Shown here: one piece after another, positions 57,947 to 64,000 of the stretch
Layout of the letters: each line of letters starts with the position of its first letter
Numbering within the stretch: position 1 is the stretch's first letter
Assembly: GCA_964435235.1 (NCBI GenBank)
Contig: CAYSXZ010000047.1
Coordinates: 4,594-68,593, forward strand
Source: Candidatus Micrarchaeota archaeon
GTDB taxonomy: Archaea; Micrarchaeota; Micrarchaeia; Anstonellales; Bilamarchaeaceae
Length of the DNA: 64,000 bases
Direction of reading: 5' to 3'
Made by a program: the position numbers and the translations under genes
The notes under the pieces: model-generated
What the model saw: the letters and a program-made list of their open reading frames with translations, nothing else
The model's database searches: none
What the model was told of the DNA's origin: nothing

Positions 57947-58459
57947 TTATTTATTGAGTATGGTTTCAATATTTCCTTTTCCTTTAAAGATAAGCACTAT
58001 ATCTGCCGTGTTACGAAGAGCAGCGCTGAATGCAATGTCAGTTGCGATTATTATAGTCTTCTTCCCTTTTGCTTTTGCCTTTACTAATACCGGTCTATAA
58101 TCGGTATCGCGCGTCATAAAAGCAAGTATATCTATGTCTTTATCGAGTATGTACTCCATTCCTTCAATTGCCATGGTGACATCCACATCCCCAGTGGTTA
58201 TTTCAACATCAAAACCCTGGTTTATCATCGCCTCTATCAGCTTTTCTGATGCGTACTGGTCCAGATATATCTTTGCTATGCGTATTCTACCGTACTTCGC
58301 TACTTCTTCTTTTATCTCACGCACGTCAAGATGGAAGGATTTTCTTAAGGTATTTGGACCATCAACAAGAAGCGCAACATTAGGTTCTTTTTTGAATAAC
58401 TTCTCAAAAAAATCATGCATGAGCGCACCTTCAAAATTATAATAGCGTAAATCTCTCAT
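57947..58459 (-). CDS. NYN-domain (LabA-like, PIN-related) protein
   Basis: 170 aa; VALLVDGPN near the N-terminus plus further acidic residues (DTDYRP...IIATDIAF) matching the NYN fold. Confidence 0.6.
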   Translation of the reverse strand: MRDLRYYNFEGALMHDFFEKLFKKEPNVALLVDGPNTLRKSFHLDVREIKEEVAKYGRIRIAKIYLDQYASEKLIEAMINQGFDVEITTGDVDVTMAIEGMEYILDKDIDILAFMTRDTDYRPVLVKAKAKGKKTIIIATDIAFSAALRNTADIVLIFKGKGNIETILNK

Positions 58460-59166
58460 TAAAAATTAAAAAACCTATGTGCATTCCTTGCAGTCTGTTC
58501 TGCTACAATATCGAAATCTATATTTTTTACCTCTGCAACGTACGCTACGGATTCCTCAACCTGCTCTGGCATCCTCACAACATATGGCGAATCTGTCTCA
58601 ACAACAATATTTTCCAGCGGCGTTTCTTCTATTACAACTCTTCGCTCTTTGGAATGCAATGGCGGTATCGATATCAAACCCCCTTGCTCAACAACCCATC
58701 TTGCTTCCGACAGGGTGCCGGAAAAGAAATGCATCATAAGCGGCGGGCATGTCTTTCTCATCTCAAGCGTGTCTATCACATCTCGCATCGCTTTTCTGCT
58801 ATGGATTACTATCGGAAGTCCCATCTCTTCTGCAAGGTCGAGCATTCTCGCAAAAACCTCCTCCTCTCTTTTCACATCTTCCTCGCCTTTGGCCCAATGA
58901 TAATCAAGACCTATCTCTCCAATCGCATTAGGTCTGCTCGCTCTTATGAATTCTATCCATTCTTCCAAAGTGCTAAGATCGGTATTTCCAATTACAGATT
59001 GAGGAGCTATACCAAGAGAAAATGGCAGATTTAATTTTTTTGCAATCTCTACTGTCTTAACGTTGGTAGCATGCGAATATCCACAGGTAACCGGCAACAC
59101 TCTTCCAGTTAGTTTGTAATCCTTAATGTCAGAGAGGTGGCAGTGCGCATCGACGATGGTAGTCAT
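58459..59166 (-). CDS. tatD: TatD-family metal-dependent hydrolase/DNase
   Basis: 235 aa; IVDAHCHL, IGEIGLDYHW, IVIHSRKA, VVETDSPY motifs. Confidence 0.8.
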   Translation of the reverse strand: MTTIVDAHCHLSDIKDYKLTGRVLPVTCGYSHATNVKTVEIAKKLNLPFSLGIAPQSVIGNTDLSTLEEWIEFIRASRPNAIGEIGLDYHWAKGEEDVKREEEVFARMLDLAEEMGLPIVIHSRKAMRDVIDTLEMRKTCPPLMMHFFSGTLSEARWVVEQGGLISIPPLHSKERRVVIEETPLENIVVETDSPYVVRMPEQVEESVAYVAEVKNIDFDIVAEQTARNAHRFFNF

Positions 59167-59221
59167 GATTATATTTTAAAAGACTAAGGTTTTATAATAT
59201 AACCTCCAATTTACAACTAAT

Positions 59222-59638
59222 TTGCAGCTCGTTGTAGGTGTTAGAATGGTTGAGAAGGTATTCAGTGTAGCTAAGGGGTTGAAACCTGGAAACTACATTC
59301 TCATAGACGGCGTTCCATGCAAGGTTGTGGATGTAGAAAGTTCAAAGCCAGGAAAGCATGGCGCGGCAAAGATGAGGATAACTGCAATAGGTATATTTGA
59401 AGGGCAGAAAAAAACCCTTCTTTCGCCTGGAGACGCAGATGTAGAGGTTCCGATAATAGAAAGGAAGACTGTTCAGATAATGTCTGTAAGCGGAAAAACC
59501 GCGCAGGTTATGGATTCGCAAACCTATGAGATGTATGAGATGGAGATACCGGATGAGCTGCTAAATCAGGCTGCCCCAGGCAAGGAGGCGGAGATAATAG
59601 AAGCTATGGGAAGGAGAAAGATGGAGAGGATTAGGTAG
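59222..59638 (+). CDS. eif5a: translation initiation factor 5A (aIF-5A)
   Basis: Hypusination loop SSKPGKHGAAKM; true start possibly ATG at about 59246 (MVEKVF...). Confidence 0.9.
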   Translation: MQLVVGVRMVEKVFSVAKGLKPGNYILIDGVPCKVVDVESSKPGKHGAAKMRITAIGIFEGQKKTLLSPGDADVEVPIIERKTVQIMSVSGKTAQVMDSQTYEMYEMEIPDELLNQAAPGKEAEIIEAMGRRKMERIR

Positions 59639-59650
59639 CGGGGTGCGAAA

Positions 59651-59995
59651 ATGGAAGTAGAAATAATTTCAGCGACAGAGAATGAGCTTCTCAAAAGGAA
59701 GGAGATAAATGCTGCTCTTCATTTCGAAAACGCAACACCAACCAGAAAGGAGATGAGAGAGGCAATTAGCACGAAGCTTGGATTGAATCCGGAACTTACT
59801 GTGCTCAGCAGCGTTGTCAACGAATTTGGGAATAAAAGGGTTCGTGTTATAGCTCATGCCTACAAAGACATAAAGAAGCTTATGGAAATAGAACCACTTT
59901 ACATAAGAAAAAGAGACGGTGTAGGAGTACCGCCAGAGGCAGAAAAACCAAAAAAGGAGGCTGCACCTGTGGAAAAAAAGGAAGGTAAAAAGTAG
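59651..59995 (+). CDS. rps24e: ribosomal protein S24e
   Basis: 114 aa; N-terminal S24e fold ([34 protein letters not shown]...) plus K/E-rich tail. Confidence 0.85.
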   Translation: MEVEIISATENELLKRKEINAALHFENATPTRKEMREAISTKLGLNPELTVLSSVVNEFGNKRVRVIAHAYKDIKKLMEIEPLYIRKRDGVGVPPEAEKPKKEAAPVEKKEGKK

Positions 59996-60033
59996 CTGTA
60001 AAGAAACAAGTAAAGAAAAACAGGTGGACAAAA

Positions 60034-60207
60034 ATGGCTGAAGAAAAGAAAGAGAAGAAATCTGTTGGAACAAAAAAAGAGAAGAAGGAAGGACCAACCG
60101 CTTACATTCCTCACAAATATTGTCCAAAATGTGGGGCTGGCGTAAGACTGGCTGAGCATAAGGATAGGCGGGCCTGTGGAAAGTGCGGCTATTATGAAAA
60201 GAAGTAG
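60034..60207 (+). CDS. rps27ae: ribosomal protein S27ae (zinc-ribbon); not in the ORF track (<60 aa)
   Basis: Hand translation: [57 protein letters not shown]; C4 zinc ribbon CPKCG...CGKCG; canonical position after rps24e. Confidence 0.75.
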   Translation: MAEEKKEKKSVGTKKEKKEGPTAYIPHKYCPKCGAGVRLAEHKDRRACGKCGYYEKK

Positions 60208-60212
60208 GAAAA

Positions 60213-60812
60213 ATGGACGCTAAAAAAATTTTTCTTATAGTCCTTATTCTTTCAGTGCTATCCTTTTTTACTCTGTTCTTTTTGGATAAGAAAAGCTATC
60301 TTTATGAAGCTCCTCTACACATCGGGCTTTTTTCTGCGGCTCTTTATTTTTTATGGAATAAGGATCTAAAAACAACATTGCATGAATTGGGCGTTCCTGG
60401 AGATTTGAAAACAAATCTTGTATTCTCTCTTTCAGGTTTTCTTGCAATAATTGCATCGCTCTTTATCATCGCTCATACGATGAATTTTTTTGGCATTAAT
60501 GATCAAAGCAAGATTATTGATATAGTAGATAAGCTTCCGCTCTATCTTCTAATCATGGCCATTCTCTTCGCTCCGTTCAGCGAAGAGCTTTTCTTTAGGG
60601 GTTTGCTTGTTCGTCGTTTTGGCATCCTTCCAGCTGCAGTACTATTTTCCATCCTTCATATTTCATACGGTTCAGTAGGAGAGATTATCGGGGCATTCAC
60701 AATAGGTCTTATACTTGGATTAATTTACAAACAATCAAAAAGCATAGTGCCGCCCATAGTCATTCATATGATTTATAATTTGCTCGCGATAGCGATCATG
60801 CGTTCGCTGTAA
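60213..60812 (+). CDS. CPBP-family intramembrane metalloprotease (CAAX protease/Abi-like)
   Basis: 199 aa; EExxxR motif (FSEELFFRGLL), FSILHISYG and HMIYN His motifs, about six TM helices. Confidence 0.75.
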   Translation: MDAKKIFLIVLILSVLSFFTLFFLDKKSYLYEAPLHIGLFSAALYFLWNKDLKTTLHELGVPGDLKTNLVFSLSGFLAIIASLFIIAHTMNFFGINDQSKIIDIVDKLPLYLLIMAILFAPFSEELFFRGLLVRRFGILPAAVLFSILHISYGSVGEIIGAFTIGLILGLIYKQSKSIVPPIVIHMIYNLLAIAIMRSL

Positions 60813-60823
60813 TTTTTACCGGT

Positions 60824-61798
60824 GTGAATATGATAACGCTCGGAATAGAATGCACTGCCCACACCCTCTCCGTTGGTATCGTTCGAGATGGGGTTGTTCT
60901 TTCAAACGTAATCGATATGTTTCGACCGCCGAAAGGAGAAGGAATGATTCCGAGAAAGCTTGCCGACCATCATGCTCAGGTTTTCGGCGATGTTGTGCGA
61001 AGAGCAATTGTAGAATCAAAATTAACCATGAAGGACATAAACCTCATTGCATTTTCCCAAGGACCGGGCATAGGCTCTGCGCTTGCAGTTGGATGTGGCG
61101 GCGCGAAATATCTAGCAGCACGAACTGGAAAAATGTTAATAGGAGTAAACCATTGCTACGCTCATGTAAAGATAAGCGAGCATTTAACAGGAATCAAAAA
61201 CCCTCTTATCCTATATGTATCAGGTGGGAATAGTCAAATAATAATAGAAGAAAACGGTAAGTATCATGTTCTTGGCGAAACACTTGATATAGGGTTAGGT
61301 AATCTGTTCGATAATTTTGCGAGGGCTATAGGAATGGAACACGCGCATGGTTCAGCATTGGAAAAATTTGCTGAGGGCGGAAGGTATGTTGAACTTCCTT
61401 ATTCAGTTAAGGGAATGAATCTCGTGTTTTCTGGTTTACTTACCCATGCAGAGAAGATTGCAAGAGAAAAACCAAAGAGGGATGTCGCTTATTCGCTCAT
61501 GGAAACAGCATTTGCTATGACGTGCGAGGCGACCGAGCGTGCTCTTTTCTTAACAAAAAAGAAGGGACTAATCGTTTGCGGAGGAGTTGCGCAAAATAGG
61601 AGACTTCAACACATGTTAAAAACAATGTGCGAAGAAGACGGCGTTAGATTTGGAGTCGCAGCAGACGAGTTCAACAGAGACAATGGGGCAATGATCGCCT
61701 ATGCCGGCGAGTTTTTATACAAGAAAAACAGGGCTGCTGCAAAAAGAAGAATAGAAAGCTGGAAGCCCATTCCAAATCAGAGAATAGATAGATTGTGA
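60824..61798 (+). CDS. kae1: tRNA N6-adenosine threonylcarbamoyltransferase Kae1 (KEOPS catalytic subunit), not fused to Bud32
   Basis: 324 aa; GIECTAHTLSVGIV N-terminus, metal-binding NHCYAHV, YVSGGNSQ, GGVAQN motifs. Confidence 0.9.
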   Translation: MNMITLGIECTAHTLSVGIVRDGVVLSNVIDMFRPPKGEGMIPRKLADHHAQVFGDVVRRAIVESKLTMKDINLIAFSQGPGIGSALAVGCGGAKYLAARTGKMLIGVNHCYAHVKISEHLTGIKNPLILYVSGGNSQIIIEENGKYHVLGETLDIGLGNLFDNFARAIGMEHAHGSALEKFAEGGRYVELPYSVKGMNLVFSGLLTHAEKIAREKPKRDVAYSLMETAFAMTCEATERALFLTKKKGLIVCGGVAQNRRLQHMLKTMCEEDGVRFGVAADEFNRDNGAMIAYAGEFLYKKNRAAAKRRIESWKPIPNQRIDRL

Positions 61799-61799
61799 G

Positions 61800-62438
61800 C
61801 TATCCTTCTAAAATTGATTTTATCTTTATGAATGCAATATCCTCTGGATATCCACCTACATATTCACCTCTTCCATCATTCACAATTGTTTTTGGAACAC
61901 TCATTACCCTGTATTTAGATGCTATCTCTGGAAATTCCATCGCTTCGTATACATACCCCTTGACCCTTGAACTCACCATCGCAAATTTAAGAGCAACATA
62001 AGCAGATGCTGGGCAATGCGGGCATGTGGGTGTGACGAAAACCTCAAGTTTCACCCCATCGCTTAAATCAAAGAACTCCTTTACCTTGTTATCTACCATC
62101 AATTCTCCTCCAGCCATTTTTAAAACTTCTAGGAATGTGGCGAATTCAAAGCCAGAAGGCATCCCATAGAATCTTGCATCTCCTTTTACATTTTCGCTTT
62201 TGAAAATTATTACAGGCCCTGTCGTTACATCATACTGAGCAGCTGCCGTCTTATCCCTCTCAAGATCATATATCTCAATTTTTACCTTATCTGAAAGAGA
62301 GGTAATTTCAGAAAGTAATGATTTTATCTGGTCATTTAATTGTGTTTTTTTCTCAAAATAAACAAGAGTAACTGTGGATTTCATATCCTTAAGCCTTTTC
62401 AAAACCACATTCCTAGCATATTCATCCAAAATTGTCAT
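61800..62438 (-). CDS. protein disulfide oxidoreductase (two thioredoxin-like units; CPHC active site)
   Basis: 212 aa; C-terminal unit with CPHCP active site and cis-Pro region MSVPKTIVN; N-terminal unit lacks the CxxC. Confidence 0.7.
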   Translation of the reverse strand: MTILDEYARNVVLKRLKDMKSTVTLVYFEKKTQLNDQIKSLLSEITSLSDKVKIEIYDLERDKTAAAQYDVTTGPVIIFKSENVKGDARFYGMPSGFEFATFLEVLKMAGGELMVDNKVKEFFDLSDGVKLEVFVTPTCPHCPASAYVALKFAMVSSRVKGYVYEAMEFPEIASKYRVMSVPKTIVNDGRGEYVGGYPEDIAFIKIKSILEG

Positions 62439-62457
62439 AACCTTACCTCCAGATTAA

Positions 62458-62760
62458 TCAAAGCCTTTTACTAAAGCCGCAACGCATACATTCTATGCGT
62501 AGGCAGTTGTGCTTTCTATCAAAAAAAACCTTTACAGTTACGCCAGGTATCCATATCAGATAGCATTTCCTACAGAAACTATTACGATATTCTTCTGGGA
62601 GACGAATCTTATGCTTTTTAATGTATGAAACCGTCATTCTTACGTATCTATCCGCCAGCTCTTTTTTTCCTTTCATATATTCCTTGCGTGCTTCATCGAG
62701 AAGTCGCTTGACGCTCTCAGATACGCTCTCTTTAATAATCTTTTTTCGCTTACTCCTCAT
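62458..62760 (-). CDS. rnp4: RNase P protein component Rpp21/Rpr2 (zinc ribbon)
   Basis: Internal start M97 of the 62458..63048 ORF gives about 100 aa: ...YVRMTVSYIKKHKIRLPEEYRNSFCRKCYLIWIPGVTVKV...CMRCGF (CxxC...CxxC, conserved LIPG-type motif). The upstream 96 codons overlap the opposite-strand gene and are likely spurious. Confidence 0.65.
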   Translation of the reverse strand: MRSKRKKIIKESVSESVKRLLDEARKEYMKGKKELADRYVRMTVSYIKKHKIRLPEEYRNSFCRKCYLIWIPGVTVKVFFDRKHNCLRIECMRCGFSKRL

Positions 62761-62772
62761 GTAGTTGGTTCG

Positions 62773-63606
62773 ATGGAAAGATTTATATATGAATATTTTA
62801 TTAATCCGATTTGGAGCCGTAGTGGTTATAATATAGTCAACACCCTTACCTATGCAATTATAGCGATAGTTTCGGTCTATATCCTCTATCATAAGATGCA
62901 TGGGAGAATACGAATAGATGAATTGTTTATTCGCTCTGTAATGTGTTTCGTCCTCTTCGGTTCGACCTTGCGTGTTGTTACAGACAGCATAGACGCTGGA
63001 GTTATGAAACCAATAACACCAGTCCACGAACTGGTTTTGAATAGCCATATCTACGATTATGGTTATTTCACAGTGACGCCCGGCATATACATCGTTGTTG
63101 CAACCATCCTCCTCTTTTTTATGATCATTCTCTACAAATTGAAACGAATGGATTTGCTTGGTTACGTGGGGCTTGCGCTATGGCTTCCTCATTTTCTCCT
63201 TATCCTTCCTTTTATGAAATATTGGATCTTTATGATCCCAGTTATAATACTAGCAGCCTTGCCTGCTTATTTAGCCTTTGGATTCTTTAAGGACAGGATA
63301 TTAGCATCCATAGTCGCTGCCCATTCTCTTGATGGCGCAGCTACCTTCTTTGCGATAGACCTCTTTCCAAAATTTACAGGTATAGGGTATAGTGAACAAC
63401 ACGTTTTTTCCGGCGCTATAGGAGTTTTCAGCGGGAGTTATTTTGCATTTTATCTTGTAAAGGCCGCAATTTCCTTCCTTGCAGCTTGGCTTCTGGTAAA
63501 GGAGAACATTAAGGATGAAGAGAGAAATTACATAGCCCTTATCCTTATAATAATTGGTTTTGCCCCAGGCTTGCGTGATATTCTTAGGATGGGGTGCGGA
63601 GCGTAG
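62773..63606 (+). CDS. hypothetical integral membrane protein (possibly DUF63-like)
   Basis: 277 aa; about seven hydrophobic helices; no catalytic motif recognised. Confidence 0.4.
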   Translation: MERFIYEYFINPIWSRSGYNIVNTLTYAIIAIVSVYILYHKMHGRIRIDELFIRSVMCFVLFGSTLRVVTDSIDAGVMKPITPVHELVLNSHIYDYGYFTVTPGIYIVVATILLFFMIILYKLKRMDLLGYVGLALWLPHFLLILPFMKYWIFMIPVIILAALPAYLAFGFFKDRILASIVAAHSLDGAATFFAIDLFPKFTGIGYSEQHVFSGAIGVFSGSYFAFYLVKAAISFLAAWLLVKENIKDEERNYIALILIIIGFAPGLRDILRMGCGA

Positions 63607-63647
63607 AATGAGAAGTATTTTAATTTTATTCTTCCCATGCAGAAGCA

Positions 63648-64000
63648 ATGGCCAATAATCCGCCCATTTCGTTAAAAAGGGATATTGAAAGTATAAAAAA
63701 AGTTACTTCTGAGATTATTAGAGAATATGGTCTAAAAACCCCATGCCTTTATTGCCGCAATTTTTCAAGATGCGCATTTATCGGAAGCATCGCTTTTATC
63801 GTAGGCGGGCAGTACTGTACGAGAAACTGCAGATTCTGCATTATCAAGCATCACAAGAAACCTCTAAAGCCTGATAGGGAAGAACCGGAGAGAATAGCTG
63901 CTGCTGTAAGAGCGCTTGGACTTAGGCATGTCGTGCTCAGTTCAGTAAGCCGTGACGATTTGGAGGACATGGGCGCGGGACATCTCGCACGCTGTATAAT
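63648..64000 (+). CDS. lipA: lipoyl synthase, N-terminal fragment (runs off the window end)
   Basis: Hand translation from ATG 63648: ...CLYCRNFSRCAF...GGQYCTRNCRFC...LRHVVLSSVSRDDLEDMGAGHLARCI, matching the LipA auxiliary-cluster and radical-SAM CxxxCxxC motifs and the VVITSVDRDDL region. Confidence 0.7.
   Translation, partial: MANNPPISLKRDIESIKKVTSEIIREYGLKTPCLYCRNFSRCAFIGSIAFIVGGQYCTRNCRFCIIKHHKKPLKPDREEPERIAAAVRALGLRHVVLSSVSRDDLEDMGAGHLARCI

Noticed and set aside
58477-60159. Plus- and minus-strand ORFs nested in tatD, eif5a and rps24e (58477..59034, 58479..58931, 59669..60159)
   Set aside because: Overlap conserved genes in other frames; Cys/Arg-rich or Phe/Leu-rich artefactual translations.
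62761-63048. N-terminal 96 codons of the 62458..63048 ORF
   Set aside because: They overlap the opposite-strand membrane-protein gene starting at 62773. The Rpp21 homology begins only after the internal Met, so a start at 62760 is preferred.

Overview
The window is a 64-kb, AT-rich (about 38-40% GC) archaeal chromosomal segment with short intergenic gaps, roughly 90% coding. The archaeal assignment rests on a split RNA polymerase B subunit, rpoH, L30e, archaeal-type NusA, DnaG, ApgM, Dph2, aIF5A, S24e/S27ae, Kae1, Rpp21, an Sm protein and a class-III-signal pilin. Lineage is not resolved; an uncultivated euryarchaeal or DPANN-like archaeon is a guess. Many proteins carry Lys/Glu-rich low-complexity extensions.

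Core content:
- the RNA polymerase operon rpoH-rpoB''-rpoB'-rpoA'-rpoA''-rpl30e-nusA;
- a heat-shock operon (wHTH regulator-hsp20-grpE-dnaK-dnaJ);
- aspS, surE, tRNA-Ala(GGC), eif5a, rps24e-rps27ae, kae1, rpp21, apgM, dph2, dnaG, ttuA-like thiolase, an asnC/asnA divergent pair, and a lipA fragment at the 3' window end.

Accessory and unusual content:
- a tight operon of six paralogous polytopic membrane proteins (46.0-53.6 kb) headed by a small coiled-coil protein. The family is uncharacterised and is my top candidate for a novel system;
- a Tad/archaeal type-IV-pilus-like locus (28.1-35.7 kb) with a pilin, two GspF-domain membrane proteins, a FlaI/TadA-type ATPase and two large coiled-coil proteins;
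- an IS4/IS5-family insertion sequence whose transposase is split by a -1 frameshift at an A7 run, next to a decayed gene;
- three sets of 50-73 bp direct repeats bracketing individual genes (a 175-aa ORF and two tandem COG1373-type AAA ATPases), including a shared repeat-encoded C-terminal peptide module;
- a membrane-anchored wHTH regulator co-operonic with a Cys-rich, repeat-containing lipoprotein;
- several orphan ATPase/nuclease-like genes (COG1373-type, Arch_ATPase/DUF234, NYN, PIN).

No CRISPR array or rRNA gene was found.
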